In this document: positions 31,849-42,854 of the stretch, piece after piece
How positions within the stretch are numbered: the stretch's first letter is position 1
Layout: every line of letters begins with the position of its first letter
IMG/VR virus record: IMGVR_UViG_2860823798_000002
Strand: one strand, 5' to 3'
Origin: an uncultured virus (IMG/VR IMGVR_UViG_2860823798_000002)
Lineage: Duplodnaviria > Heunggongvirae > Uroviricota > Caudoviricetes
Length of the DNA stretch: 64,000 nucleotides
Made by a program: the position numbers and the translations under genes
Notes under the pieces: model-generated
The model's input: the letters and a program-made list of their open reading frames with translations, nothing else
The model's database searches: none
What the model was told of the DNA's origin: nothing

Positions 31849-32243
31849 AAGTAATCCACCTCTGCATTCATAATGAGGCGGTCAATATCTGCTGTTTGTT
31901 TCTCAATTGACTTTGTTAATGAATTGATTTGTGTACCATAGTTGGTAACACCAACGTCTTTTGCAAATGGCTGCCATGTAGTCTGAAAAAAAGTCTGTTC
32001 ATTAATTAAAAAAATTAGACGTAAATAATGAACGAGAATTAACAATTCATCCTCGTTCATTACTCTGTCTACTGTTTCAGTTTCATCGTTACACTTCAAT
32101 TTTTTGTCGCGAAGTCTATTATTGAATCGCAGGACTGCGTTCCTTATAGATTTATAAATTAAAGATTCTTCCGTAGGTAAATTGATATCAGACGTTTTAC
32201 AGTTTAGCAAGAAAAACTCCCAAATTTCATCATAAGAAGTCAT
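31845..32243 (-). CDS. yomZ: head-tail adaptor-like protein
   Basis: Synteny, size. Confidence 0.65.
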   Translation of the reverse strand: MTSYDEIWEFFLLNCKTSDINLPTEESLIYKSIRNAVLRFNNRLRDKKLKCNDETETVDRVMNEDELLILVHYLRLIFLINEQTFFQTTWQPFAKDVGVTNYGTQINSLTKSIEKQTADIDRLIMNAEVDYL

Positions 32244-32254
32244 TATTGAACCTC

Positions 32255-32725
32255 CTAGTCAAAGAGCAGGGAAGGATCTTCGACACCCATCCATTCAGCT
32301 AAGGCTTTAAGTTTTCCAGCAGGGATATCATCACTGAATTCAGAAGCAACATCAATAACAAACTGTTTTTCTGAGTCAACTGTAATCTTTTCAAGTTTAT
32401 TTTTCATTTGTGCAATGTTACCTGTTTTAATCATCTTTGAAATTTCTTCTTTTGTGTGAGTGTTGTTCGTGTATGCTTCCGCATCAACAATTGATTCTTT
32501 GATTTGTTTTGTTGAGTCATCTTCATCAACAATAACTAATTCACCTTTATCAAAGCAGACACTATTCATTGTCAACCAGTCAACAACATCTCTAGGTACT
32601 TCCTTGATCTCAGCCTTACCATTTTTACTACCTGACCAAGTGAATTGTTTAAGTCCACCATCTCCGGTGTACCCAACAAAATAAGAAGTGTTTCTATAAC
32701 GAGCCAATTTAACTTTATCAGACAT
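32255..32725 (-). CDS. yonA: conserved phage protein
   Basis: Synteny, 156 aa. Confidence 0.7.
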   Translation of the reverse strand: MSDKVKLARYRNTSYFVGYTGDGGLKQFTWSGSKNGKAEIKEVPRDVVDWLTMNSVCFDKGELVIVDEDDSTKQIKESIVDAEAYTNNTHTKEEISKMIKTGNIAQMKNKLEKITVDSEKQFVIDVASEFSDDIPAGKLKALAEWMGVEDPSLLFD

Positions 32726-32759
32726 AATTTCCTCCTAGTTTATCCTTTAAAATAAATAC

Positions 32760-33775
32760 TTAGATAGATACTGCTGCTTGTTCCTCGATAATTCCAATCG
32801 CTTCACCAAACAGAAGGTTGACAGAAGCAGATTGAGTGATTTTCATTTTAATTCTTTCATCTTCGATGTCTTGTTCTGTTAACTGTTTAAGCCCACCGTA
32901 CTCAACAATAGAGAATGGTTTTTGTGACACTCCACCAGCAAACATATAACCTTTGTTTACAGGCAACTCAACTTTTGAGTTAGTTTCATCAGTGAATGGG
33001 TTTGTGAGATTTACTGCAGTAGTTCTTCCGATTGTAGTAGGGTTTAAAGCAGTCAGAAGCTCATTTTTAATGCCATCTGTTAGAAGGTTTTTGTATGTAG
33101 AATCTGTAGCTTGCTGGAAAGCAAAGTAATCAATAAGTAGTGAGTCCCCAACAAATACCGGCCTCCCCCATAACGTTGAAGAACTGAAGCAACTTCATTA
33201 TATTTTTGTAATGTAAGGTTTGAACCAACAGCCACGTTTTTTGGTGGGATTTTTCCTTTAGCAATAGCAGCAGCCGTCAATTGATGGATATTATCCAAAT
33301 ACAAACGGACTTTTGCATTGGCAATGTCGTTGACTAATTTGTTGAAGTACTCGAGAGAATCAGTCACAAGGTCAAGTGGCTCATAGTAAAAACCAGTGGA
33401 TAGCGTACGTGGAACAGCAGGTACATTTTCTTGACCTTCAACACGGACTAGATCTACGCCTGATCCATTAGCAGACCAAATCACTTTTGCTTTATTTTTC
33501 TTAGGAATTTTGATTAGTTTTAGATTTCCTGGTTTCTCTTGTTCGTGATTTGCAAATAAAGTGATTAGGTTTGTAACCATTGGTTTTGCAATTTCATCTG
33601 CTTGTTGTACAACAAGTGTATTAAACTGATGCAACATAGAAGGGTCAGGGGTGACAGTTCCATCACCAAATACTTTCTTAATATAAGTTTCGATATCTGA
33701 TTTATCAGTGGCTTCCATCTTATTGTTGACCACACGGCTAAATAAGCCCTTAATTTTTACAGTGTCAAGTTTCAT
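32760..33775 (-). pseudogene. yonB: major capsid protein, frameshifted in a G5 run (real lesion or sequencing error)
   Basis: Adding one G at 33165-33169 joins both track ORFs into 338 aa: QRYGG-RPVFVGDSLLIDYFAF...ELPVNKGYMFAGG. Confidence 0.8.
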
Positions 33776-33815
33776 ATAATGTACTCCTTTTCAATAAGTG
33801 TTTATTAAGATTCTA

Positions 33816-34418
33816 TTAATCACCAATGTCTACGGCTTTTGCTTGAGTTTCTGAACTTGTTCCAGGTACTAAACCTGTTTCTGATCCTGTAATTACTTCG
33901 AGACGTACGAGCTTTTGTCCCATTGTGTACTGGAGATCATCTTCGCTGTTTACAACAAGGAATTTAGCAGAAGAATCTGCAAAGTCAGCATGAGGTGAAG
34001 AAGGGTCGCTTAAAACATATTTTTCAGTTTTAATATCAAAATGCGCCACTTGTCCTCGTTTAACTTCTTTGACGCCTTCATTCAAAGAGAAAGCAGAAAC
34101 ATCAAAACGTGTGTATCCTGGTTCCAAAATAACGATACGAGCATGTTCACCTTTAGCGTTATAGAAATCAGTCAAAGACTCGCCCAAATAACGAACTTCG
34201 GGAGCTGCAATTAAGTAAGCTCTGTGCTTTTTATTGGAAAGTTTTTTTGCGATACGGTTTCCTTCTTCATCAAAACCGAGTTCCACGAGCATAAAGTTGT
34301 CGATATCCGATCCTGAAACCTTGGCACCGTGAGCAAGTGTTTTAATTTTTAATGAATTTAAGTTACCAGTAGTATGTTTCCCTACTTCTGTGAGGGCAGT
34401 TTGTAGTCTAGTAGCCAT
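33816..34418 (-). CDS. yonC: head decoration/capsid-associated protein
   Basis: Between protease/scaffold and capsid genes. Confidence 0.7.
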   Translation of the reverse strand: MATRLQTALTEVGKHTTGNLNSLKIKTLAHGAKVSGSDIDNFMLVELGFDEEGNRIAKKLSNKKHRAYLIAAPEVRYLGESLTDFYNAKGEHARIVILEPGYTRFDVSAFSLNEGVKEVKRGQVAHFDIKTEKYVLSDPSSPHADFADSSAKFLVVNSEDDLQYTMGQKLVRLEVITGSETGLVPGTSSETQAKAVDIGD

Positions 34419-34441
34419 TTATAAATCCTCCATTTTATTTT

Positions 34442-35881
34442 TTAAGATGAATAGCGTGATTCAAATGAGTCGTCATCTTTAAGTAATTTTTCACGTTTGC
34501 TGGACAGCTCTTTAATAAAAACTCCATCTTGATCAGCTGCATGGTCTACAAGTTCGACCAACATTGAATTCAATTGAAGAATTGCCTTGTCAGTTTCTTC
34601 GCTGTCTTTTGCAGATGCAAAAATAAGATTTTGAACTTCTTCAGTTTCGAATTTCTCTTCAGCATTAAGAGCTTCAAACTTAGACTTGTAGAATTCTTTC
34701 TTTTCTTGGACTCTTTTTTCGAATTCTGCTTTTTCATGTTTTTCTTTGAACGGCTTTAGCTCTTCTACAGCAGAATTTAATTGAACGAGTTTTTCGCTTG
34801 CTGCATTAAACTGCTCTTCAAGCTTAGCTTTACTCTCCTTGATTTCATTAAATTGCTCGGAGAGCTCTGAAATTTTTTTGTTTTTCTCATTCAGTTGACT
34901 TTGGATCTCTTCGGAGACAACTTCTTCCCAATTTCTTTTTAAGAAGACTTCAGTTTTAGAGTCTAGATCAATTGTCAAAGTATCCCCATTTTTGGTGTAG
35001 TTAACTTTGTAATATTTGTCGTAAGAATTATCTTCAGACCAGCTATAAATGTTTACAATAAAGTATGTATCATACACATCAGCAATATATGATTCTTCGT
35101 TTGATTCAAGAGTTGGATCAAGCTGATTATAGATAAGTGCCCTTATGTCTGAATGTGATAGCTCAAAGACTTTTTTAAATTTATCCACTTTTTCACCTTC
35201 CTTTTGTTTTTCTTGGTTCGCAGCTTGTGCAACCAATTTCTCGAATTTTTGCATCTCATTAAAACTCACTAGGCGAGATGAATCATATGCAGGGAGGACG
35301 ATATCGTGTTCTCCTCGCTTCTCCGAATTCAAGATCGCATGACCTTCTAAATAAATAGGTGCTTCAATGTACTCTATTCCATCTTTAACAGAGTAATTTG
35401 AGTATAGAATTTCACAGCTTGTGTTTATATTGATGCCCCGCGAATACCATTCCAACAAAAGCTCACATGCATCACTGAATCGCGAACTCCATAAAACTGC
35501 ATCTGCGGCCAAAACTTCTTTTTTCCCTTCTGTGGTATCGATCTCCATAATGTATCCTTCAGAAGTAAACACTCCGATTGGGGTAGTATCTGTCTTAACT
35601 TCAAGTTCACCGTGTTTATCAGTGCCTAAATATGCTTCATGTGATCCAAGAGCGTCAGTAGCTGTATTGATTCCTTCAACCTCATGATATTTTGCAACAA
35701 TAGGCTTATTGATAATAGTAGGGGAGGCGTCCAAGGCAACTTCCTTAGAAATCACTGTATTGTTATGAGATGTCTCAAAGTCAAAAATGATAAAAGTGCA
35801 GGGGAGTTTTGTGGGATCATCTGTTTTCTTTATCTCATTAAGCTGCAATTGAAAAATTTTTTTCTTTTGCTCTTTGGTCAA
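34442..35881 (-). CDS. yonD: prohead protease / scaffold
   Basis: Globular N terminus (SHNN, TSCE) plus acidic coiled-coil C terminus; TTG start after GGAGGTG. Confidence 0.75.
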   Translation of the reverse strand: MTKEQKKKIFQLQLNEIKKTDDPTKLPCTFIIFDFETSHNNTVISKEVALDASPTIINKPIVAKYHEVEGINTATDALGSHEAYLGTDKHGELEVKTDTTPIGVFTSEGYIMEIDTTEGKKEVLAADAVLWSSRFSDACELLLEWYSRGININTSCEILYSNYSVKDGIEYIEAPIYLEGHAILNSEKRGEHDIVLPAYDSSRLVSFNEMQKFEKLVAQAANQEKQKEGEKVDKFKKVFELSHSDIRALIYNQLDPTLESNEESYIADVYDTYFIVNIYSWSEDNSYDKYYKVNYTKNGDTLTIDLDSKTEVFLKRNWEEVVSEEIQSQLNEKNKKISELSEQFNEIKESKAKLEEQFNAASEKLVQLNSAVEELKPFKEKHEKAEFEKRVQEKKEFYKSKFEALNAEEKFETEEVQNLIFASAKDSEETDKAILQLNSMLVELVDHAADQDGVFIKELSSKREKLLKDDDSFESRYSS

Positions 35882-35915
35882 ACGTTTCTTCACCTCCTTT
35901 CAAAACACACTCAAA

Positions 35916-37436
35916 TTATTCTGGTAGACTGTTTCCATTTGATGTTGCAGATTTAATAGTGTTTTCATTAGCGCTCTCATCTACAGCAGGGTGTCCAACT
36001 TCATTGCCTGTATATGTATAGGATGTTTGATAAGGCCTTATCTTATCTTGAAGATTTAGCTCATCTGTTTCATATAAAGTTTGTTCCAAATAACTTTCCC
36101 ATGACACGCCTGCAATGTTGTCGATAACATGTTTAATTGACCATCCTTTATCATTAAGCTTAATGAGAATGTCCATCTTTTCTTTAAGAGTTAAAGGCTT
36201 TTCTTTGTCATAGTTAATGTAATAATTATCTTTTTGACCTGCAGGCAGGATAAGGTTAAAGAGTTTTTGATATACTTCTTGTTCAACTTCCTCCATTAAG
36301 ACGCCAATTCTTTTGTAAAAGGTATCTAAGTTTAATGAGGACGTTGCATAGTTGCCACCCTCACCATTTAACAGAGAACCTGATAAACCATAAGCGGATT
36401 GTATGTCACTGTTGATATGATCAAACTTGGCTCCATCTAATCCATCAGCTTTCACATCTGGGAATGCTAAACTTGCAAAGTCAGGGATCGAAACAACTGT
36501 AACCCCATCTTTATTGTTTTTTTCTAAAGCAGTTTTAACTCCAGAGTGTACTTTTTGTTTTACTGCCTTTGGAAGTTTAAGGTTTGTGTATTCACCTTTT
36601 CCCTTATCAGTCCCGATAGTTAAAACCGCAACTGCATTAATGATTTTATTAGCAATTGCCCTTTCAACATCTTTGAGTTTCTTTTTATGTAGAACATCAT
36701 ACAATCCTGGTGTAACCCATGATGTACCTAATCCCTGATTTCTTTTTAATGTTCCAGTTCGAAGTGGAAATGTCCGTTCTTGAGGAAGTTCCTTGTATCT
36801 GTATTTCTCACGATCTTGAAGAAAGTTTTCATAATCGGAATTCTTAATGAAAGGGGAAAAGCTGTTTAGCAGCTCTTTTCTATAGTCCTCTTTAATGTTG
36901 CTGAAATACTCCAAATCGATTAAACAAACCCAATCACCATTTCTTCTGAAAGCTGGAAAAACATATTTAACGCTGTCGAACACAAAAGGGTAGGGGGATT
37001 TATCGTCTCCTAGCCAAATTCCAACGAGTGTTCCTGCTGCTGCAGTTTGTTTTAGCAAGTCGCGTGTTAATCTTTTATGCTTTACTTTATGGAGGGCTTT
37101 ATTTAAAAGGGATATGTGCTTATCAGAGGACTTGCTTTTTGTAAAGGAATCAATTTTATAATTCAAAGTGGGGAGGGCTTCAATTAACTCAAATAGTTGA
37201 TGAATCTCAGCGGTTGAAATATAGAAATATTGAGCAAGATCTTCTATCTCTTCCTGAAATTCATCAGGATCAGAAAAGTATTCTTTTAACTGCTTAGCAT
37301 CTACTTCGCTTATAATACCTTGAGAAAATAAGTTAGAAACAAAGCCAGATGCAAAAGTAGACACATAGGTGCTGTAATCGTTCAGCAGCTTTTTGTACTC
37401 CTCCGATTCAATATCGATTTTTTTAATATCAGTCAT
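35916..37436 (-). CDS. yonE: portal protein
   Basis: 506 aa directly after terminase. Confidence 0.8.
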   Translation of the reverse strand: MTDIKKIDIESEEYKKLLNDYSTYVSTFASGFVSNLFSQGIISEVDAKQLKEYFSDPDEFQEEIEDLAQYFYISTAEIHQLFELIEALPTLNYKIDSFTKSKSSDKHISLLNKALHKVKHKRLTRDLLKQTAAAGTLVGIWLGDDKSPYPFVFDSVKYVFPAFRRNGDWVCLIDLEYFSNIKEDYRKELLNSFSPFIKNSDYENFLQDREKYRYKELPQERTFPLRTGTLKRNQGLGTSWVTPGLYDVLHKKKLKDVERAIANKIINAVAVLTIGTDKGKGEYTNLKLPKAVKQKVHSGVKTALEKNNKDGVTVVSIPDFASLAFPDVKADGLDGAKFDHINSDIQSAYGLSGSLLNGEGGNYATSSLNLDTFYKRIGVLMEEVEQEVYQKLFNLILPAGQKDNYYINYDKEKPLTLKEKMDILIKLNDKGWSIKHVIDNIAGVSWESYLEQTLYETDELNLQDKIRPYQTSYTYTGNEVGHPAVDESANENTIKSATSNGNSLPE

Positions 37437-37453
37437 ACTTCACCTCATTTCTT

Positions 37454-39223
37454 TTAAAAGTAGACAAGATCATCATCAGTGTCATATTCTGTTTGTTTGT
37501 TGAGTTTCCGTTCTAAAAGAGTGGCTACATAATTTCCGTATGCCACGGAACTATATCTGTCTTTCCGTTTACTCTTAGGTTCTTTTAGCTTAACTTGACC
37601 ATTATCGTTGTACTCAGCTTCAAGGTTTATCATTTCATTGATTAACAAGGTGATTTGGACATAAGATGAGATAAATTTGGCCTTGGTTTCTTCCGGTAAG
37701 GCTTCGTATCCTTTGAATCGCTTCAAATATTCTCGCCCTTCATTTTCATTAATAGGGATTTTAATTTTTCCTCGTTTAAATCCATCTTTAAGAAGAACTG
37801 CAATCTCACTATTTAATTGAGCGTTACCTTTAATACTGTAAATGAGTTTTTTAGCATTTTGATATGTGCAACGTTCAGCCATTTTTTCGTCATTGATACA
37901 AGAGAGCGGTTCATATTCTTTAGCTCTTTCTTTATCATATAGAGGCTGACAAAGCGCATCATATACACCTAGACCGATGCTTTGAGTATCTAGCACAATG
38001 TAATCACATGCATAATCTTCGAATAATTGTCTTATCCTAGTTGCTTGTGAACCTGTGTGTCCACCAACTATGCTCTCCATATAAACAATGTGTCTATCAT
38101 AACCATTAGAATTTGGAATTAATCTGAAAACGGTATACACACTAGCGTCATTGTCTTTGCCTGCCATGCCAGCGATGTCGTTGCTAATTAACCTTAATTC
38201 TCCAGGTTTTTTGTTTTCAAATTTAAAATTAGAATCTTTAATGAGGTCATAGTAATCAGGCGGGAATAGGGGAGAGGCGAGCTTTCGATTTTTTTCAAGG
38301 TCTTCAAATTTAAAATAAGCTTTTTCAGATTCTCCGAACCACAATGCTTCCATTTCCATTGACCAGCCAATGGGGTCAAAGTCTTCTTCAGACATTTCGT
38401 CCTTTACTTGGTCTTTATCGAGGAGTCCTTCTCTAATAGCAATTTGATAAGGAAGACCGCATACAAAATACTTTGATCCTTTCATCATTGCGTTAAAATA
38501 GGTTACAAATCTGCCGTATGACCAGTGAACTTTATACCAGCAGGAGGATAAGTAAATTTCTTTGTTTCGTTCTTTTAAATGAGCATATTCTTCTTTTTCA
38601 AGATATTTTGGAGACCTTGGAGCGGTAAGAAACTTTCTCAGTACTTTGCTAATGATCTCAAAATCGACCATTCTGAACTCGTCCACAATTAAAAGGTTTG
38701 CACGTTTTGAGCGAGCTCCGTCGTTTGATGCAACAATTTTAATCCAACTACCATTATGGAATTCAACCCTTGCGTCATTAGTTGAAGTTTTTAAGTCCTC
38801 AATTTCTCGTTTTAAATTCGGGGACTCTTTTCGCAAATCATCAATTTTTTCAATAACTTCTCTTGCTTGTCCTTTAGTTCCTGAAGCAATGACTATCTTT
38901 GTACCAGGAAATAGTATGGCTTGAACACAGCAGTACACCGACGTTAACCAAGTTTTACCCTGTCCGCGACTAGCTAAATACATGAAATAATGGTTGTGAA
39001 CCATCATATAAATCAAAATGCATTGAAATAATTTAAGGGTTATTCCTAAGTATTCTTTTACAAATCGATGGGGGTTAGCTCGATAAAAAGAAGCCCAAGC
39101 ACCAATGCCATCCATCAGTCTTTCTGATTTAGATTTTTTGTTGAAGTTCTTGCCTTTATTGAAGAGATTAATCCCTCTACTATGTTTTTTTCGATCTGTT
39201 GTAAAGTTACTGTATGAGGCCAT
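37454..39223 (-). CDS. yonF: terminase large subunit
   Basis: Walker A ASRGQGKT, Walker B LIVDE, nuclease motifs SNDIA, VLDTQ, KDRYSS. Confidence 0.93.
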   Translation of the reverse strand: MASYSNFTTDRKKHSRGINLFNKGKNFNKKSKSERLMDGIGAWASFYRANPHRFVKEYLGITLKLFQCILIYMMVHNHYFMYLASRGQGKTWLTSVYCCVQAILFPGTKIVIASGTKGQAREVIEKIDDLRKESPNLKREIEDLKTSTNDARVEFHNGSWIKIVASNDGARSKRANLLIVDEFRMVDFEIISKVLRKFLTAPRSPKYLEKEEYAHLKERNKEIYLSSCWYKVHWSYGRFVTYFNAMMKGSKYFVCGLPYQIAIREGLLDKDQVKDEMSEEDFDPIGWSMEMEALWFGESEKAYFKFEDLEKNRKLASPLFPPDYYDLIKDSNFKFENKKPGELRLISNDIAGMAGKDNDASVYTVFRLIPNSNGYDRHIVYMESIVGGHTGSQATRIRQLFEDYACDYIVLDTQSIGLGVYDALCQPLYDKERAKEYEPLSCINDEKMAERCTYQNAKKLIYSIKGNAQLNSEIAVLLKDGFKRGKIKIPINENEGREYLKRFKGYEALPEETKAKFISSYVQITLLINEMINLEAEYNDNGQVKLKEPKSKRKDRYSSVAYGNYVATLLERKLNKQTEYDTDDDLVYF

Positions 39224-40139
39224 TTTCGTTTACCTCGTCATCTTCTTCATCTACAGGCTCTTCAACAGTGTGCTTTTTCATTTCGTCCCAATATTCATTT
39301 GAATAGTCATTCTTAATACCAAGCATCCTTGATAAGTGGCCTAAGAAAAATACTTTTATGTACTTACCAATCTTATCAGGATCTTTCCAGCGAGGTTCAG
39401 GTTCTGGAATTGGCCTTTCGTTTTCATATTTTTTTATCAATGTACCGAAGGTCTCTTGTTCAACACCGCTAGCGCCTGATTCTTGAACTGGTTTTAGATT
39501 ACTCGATCCCAATAAATCCTGGAGTGTTTTTTGCTGCTGGTCGACTTTCTCTCCATTTTCACGACGCTTACGAATATCCAGCATTGTTAGACAAATTTGA
39601 TTTATAAGCAGTTCCATTCCTTTAGAGTCGCATTCATATCTATTTGTAAAGTCTATGTACTCATTCTGAAGCCATAAATAATCCTCAATAGATAGACCGC
39701 GTCCCCAAAACTGAATGAATTCATCAATGTCTTCCTGTGTCACATTTTCATCGCTTTTAGCAAGCAACATTTTCTTTGTATGTTCTTGTTCTTCTTCAAA
39801 ATCATATTCGCTATCTGACCAATTTTTGGAGATGAAATCTTTCATTCCGATATTTTTCATGTAGACACCAAAAACATTAGCATCGCCATTCTTAGCTTTT
39901 GTTTTTGCTTCATCTATTGAAGCTATCCAAATATCATAAATAAAAGGGCGGTCAATCATACGTAAAATGTTTTGTACATGTGTTAAATTTTCAGGGTCTT
40001 TCTTGTATTCAGTTTGAAGACACATCTTACAGACTGTTAGTTTTCCTGTAGCTGCGTTAAACAAGGATTCAGATTTATAAAACTGAGAAATAGCTTGAGC
40101 TTTCCCACAGCAGGAGCACATAAGTTTTTGTGTAGCCAT
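39207..40139 (-). CDS. yonG: Zn-finger protein upstream of terminase (possible small subunit)
   Basis: CSCCGK...CKMC; ATG after GGAGGTG; overlaps terminase start. Confidence 0.7.
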   Translation of the reverse strand: MATQKLMCSCCGKAQAISQFYKSESLFNAATGKLTVCKMCLQTEYKKDPENLTHVQNILRMIDRPFIYDIWIASIDEAKTKAKNGDANVFGVYMKNIGMKDFISKNWSDSEYDFEEEQEHTKKMLLAKSDENVTQEDIDEFIQFWGRGLSIEDYLWLQNEYIDFTNRYECDSKGMELLINQICLTMLDIRKRRENGEKVDQQQKTLQDLLGSSNLKPVQESGASGVEQETFGTLIKKYENERPIPEPEPRWKDPDKIGKYIKVFFLGHLSRMLGIKNDYSNEYWDEMKKHTVEEPVDEEDDEVNENGLIQ

Positions 40140-40256
40140 TGATTCACCTCCAATATTGTTAGTAAAACACATTTTATAAAACGCCCAGCAATAAGAGGTA
40201 GAGGAGAAGAGGCCTCAATCATCACTGGGCGTTCTAAAAAGGTGTTTTTATTTTAT

Positions 40257-40310
40257 CCTCTCTGTATTTAAGTATTTATATTTAATAAAGATTAGTTAAA
40301 TACAGAGAGG
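40257..40310. repeat. 15-bp perfect inverted repeat
   Basis: CCTCTCTGTATTTAA ... TTAAATACAGAGAGG. Confidence 0.85.
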
Positions 40311-40419
40311 GTGGTAACTAAGTACTAATTATGGTATAAATTGTTTATTTGTATTTGATAATATGATATAGTTGCGGTGAAAGGGCTTAAAAAATATTAA
40401 AAACAAAGGGGGGAACGAT

Positions 40420-41049
40420 ATGAAAAAATATTTTCCATTCTTTTTAGCCTTTCTACTAGCTTTTGCGACCATCACACCGTCCTTCGCATCAGCAAAGGAA
40501 GAGGGGGAAATTGATGCACCAACAGGAAGTTTAGAGAGTGAACTTCTTTCACCAGACAGTGATTTTGTTAAATTCTTAGAAGGTATTGAGCAGTTGCCAG
40601 CTAGTGTTGAAAAACAAGGTCCCGAAAAAGTAGCTAGTTGGTTAACAGAAAAAACAGGGGTTGAAGTCACTACAAACGGTGATAATTTAGTTGTTCCGTC
40701 TTTATCTGATGTAGATGTAAAAGAATCTAAAACATCTGCTGACAGTTCTGCAATTCAACCTGCTGGAGCGTGGGACTGCGTAATCGCTGTTGGTCTTATG
40801 ATTGGGACTGTCGGCTTCCCACTCTCTAAGATTGTCAAATTGAAAAAAGCCATCAACTTACTCGGCGGCGTAAAGAAAACCGTTGACAGAATTTACTCTA
40901 AGTACAAAAGCTTGAAAAAGCAAAGATGGAGAACAGTAGACGCTTGGAAAGAAGCTGTAAAAAGAACAACCAATAACCTGCCAAAGGATGTAGGAGAGGC
41001 TTTTCTTGATTTTTTCAACATATCAAACGTAATACGACAATGCGTATAG
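40420..41049 (+). CDS. secreted pre-pro-protein, putative bacteriocin-like toxin
   Basis: Signal peptide ending ASA, acidic pro-region, hydrophobic then cationic C-terminal part with two Cys. Confidence 0.65.
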   Translation: MKKYFPFFLAFLLAFATITPSFASAKEEGEIDAPTGSLESELLSPDSDFVKFLEGIEQLPASVEKQGPEKVASWLTEKTGVEVTTNGDNLVVPSLSDVDVKESKTSADSSAIQPAGAWDCVIAVGLMIGTVGFPLSKIVKLKKAINLLGGVKKTVDRIYSKYKSLKKQRWRTVDAWKEAVKRTTNNLPKDVGEAFLDFFNISNVIRQCV

Positions 41050-41056
41050 AGAATAG

Positions 41057-41239
41057 GTGATAACCATTAAATCATTTACATTGCCATTTAGGTTAGCAGT
41101 TATCCTTTTGCTCCTTTTCCAAGTCTACTCAATTTGGAAAAACTGGAACACTGGCTTCGGGTCAAATGTTATCTCAATCATCATTCTTGTAGGTTGTATT
41201 ATCCTGTTAGCTCTGGACATCATCTTTAAAAAGAAATAG
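41057..41239 (+). CDS. small 2-TM protein, putative immunity protein
   Basis: 60 aa, two hydrophobic helices, co-transcribed after secreted protein. Confidence 0.6.
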   Translation: MITIKSFTLPFRLAVILLLLFQVYSIWKNWNTGFGSNVISIIILVGCIILLALDIIFKKK

Positions 41240-41247
41240 CCCTTATT

Positions 41248-41276
41248 GGAATCCACTTAACGGTGGGTTCCTTTTT
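41248..41276 (+). terminator. intrinsic terminator
   Basis: GGAATCCAC-TTAACG-GTGGGTTCC plus T run. Confidence 0.7.
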
Positions 41277-41408
41277 ATTTCAAATGCTGCTGGACTGTTT
41301 CAATTTAATAAGTTGTTCCAAATGTCTGTTCATCAATTCAATTTCTTCTGTTTTATCCATCTTCATCATCCTCATCGATTTTTGATAAAATTAAAGATTT
41401 ATTTAGAT

Positions 41409-42602
41409 CTAGGATTTAAAACGAATTATGTATGTAGCCTCAATACCCTCATCATCAAAAACCAAAAATTTCTGTGATGGTCTTGTGCCAAAACGTCCTT
41501 GCAATGCATAATCGTCAGCGCCAACTAAAGCGCCGTTCACTACAACGGTCGTGCTGCCGTATTCTTTTTCATAATTGTGATGAATGTGGCCACCGAATAT
41601 GTATGAAGGGATATAGCCTAATAATTGAGGCAAGCGTGTTACACACTGATCAACTCGATCATAGTGTCCGTGAACAAAAACGACTTCACTATTATTGATT
41701 TTTGCTGGAATAAAACCATCTTGCTCAGGTTCAATAGAGATGTTTTCAATGTCTCTTAACCTAGCTTCTAAATACCAATTGATAAGGTATTCAAAATTTT
41801 CCTTGATTCCAACATCGTTTTTAGAAGGGGAGAGGCGACCATGATTTCCTGCAACATTATAGAATCTAATCTCTTGGAACTCGGAAGCAAACTTAGCCAA
41901 CACTTCAGCAAGAGTTTCTGATACGTATTTTATTTGTTCAACAGCATCTTCGTTTGCTTGCACTCTCGTTGAAACATGAATGAGCCCGCCGATTAAATCG
42001 CCGAGGTTTGCAATATGCAGCGTAGAAATGTGATTCAACTTTCCATATTCAATGACTTTACTTGTTAAATGTTCCACTCGTTCATTGAAAATTTCTTTGT
42101 TAAATTTGTTAATTCGGTTATCAATCTCCATTCCAAAATGCCAGTCACTAAAAAGAGCAAGCCCATGCTTTTCAGTTGCGACAGAGGATGGGGAAGTGAA
42201 ATTGAGCGGCCGCTTTGATTCTAAGTTTAAAATAGCTTCAACTACATCATCTTTAATCTTTTCAAAACGAGCCTGATTACGGATCTTTTTAGCAAATTCT
42301 CTATTTTGATCCCGTTTTCTAACTTTAGCTTTTTCAGATTCAATAAAAAGTTCTTGGTATTTATCTTGAATATCTTTGTCAATGTTTTTAGACATTATGT
42401 AAGCATACCAGCGCTCGTATTGCTTATAATCTTTACGCCACTTACTCTCATCATAATGAGAGCCATGTTCCTTGTTCAGCAGCTCTGCAATAGTTTTTGT
42501 ATCAATATTGTATGTATCTTTATTTTTAAATAATCTAATGTGGTAATCAGTAAATGATTCATCTTTATCACGTTGAAGAGCGGGGTTCAAAACTGCTGTC
42601 AT
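41409..42602 (-). CDS. yonJ: calcineurin-like metallophosphoesterase
   Basis: SDWHFG, LGDLI, AGNHGR, FVHGH, GHIHH. Confidence 0.9.
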   Translation of the reverse strand: MTAVLNPALQRDKDESFTDYHIRLFKNKDTYNIDTKTIAELLNKEHGSHYDESKWRKDYKQYERWYAYIMSKNIDKDIQDKYQELFIESEKAKVRKRDQNREFAKKIRNQARFEKIKDDVVEAILNLESKRPLNFTSPSSVATEKHGLALFSDWHFGMEIDNRINKFNKEIFNERVEHLTSKVIEYGKLNHISTLHIANLGDLIGGLIHVSTRVQANEDAVEQIKYVSETLAEVLAKFASEFQEIRFYNVAGNHGRLSPSKNDVGIKENFEYLINWYLEARLRDIENISIEPEQDGFIPAKINNSEVVFVHGHYDRVDQCVTRLPQLLGYIPSYIFGGHIHHNYEKEYGSTTVVVNGALVGADDYALQGRFGTRPSQKFLVFDDEGIEATYIIRFKS

Positions 42603-42614
42603 TCAATCACCATC

Positions 42615-42806
42615 CTACTCATCTTCTTTAACAGGAAGTTCATTTTCTTCTTTGATTGTGATTGACACGTTTTTTCCACTAAACTCAGAAAGAATTTCTT
42701 TAAAATCATAAGTATACTCAGTTTCTTTGGTTTGTTCGGTAATTTCCATTACATCCATATCAAAAAAACCTTTCAAATTAACTTGATGAACTTTTTTGCT
42801 TGCCAT
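42615..42806 (-). CDS. yonK: YonK family protein
   Basis: 63 aa, MASKKVHQVNLKG...FSGKNVSITIKEE. Confidence 0.85.
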   Translation of the reverse strand: MASKKVHQVNLKGFFDMDVMEITEQTKETEYTYDFKEILSEFSGKNVSITIKEENELPVKEDE

Positions 42807-42854
42807 ACAAGTATTCCTCCTTATAATCCTTTTAATTAATATATAAAACTAAAA

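Noticed and set aside
33160..33175. Programmed ribosomal frameshift in the capsid gene
   Set aside because: No canonical slippery heptamer and it falls mid-fold; an indel is more parsimonious
37454..39223. Intein or intron in terminase
   Set aside because: ORF continuous, expected size, no splice motifs seen
41280..41370. 29-codon minus-strand ORF after yonJ
   Set aside because: Too short to support; possibly a remnant cut by the neighbouring insertion
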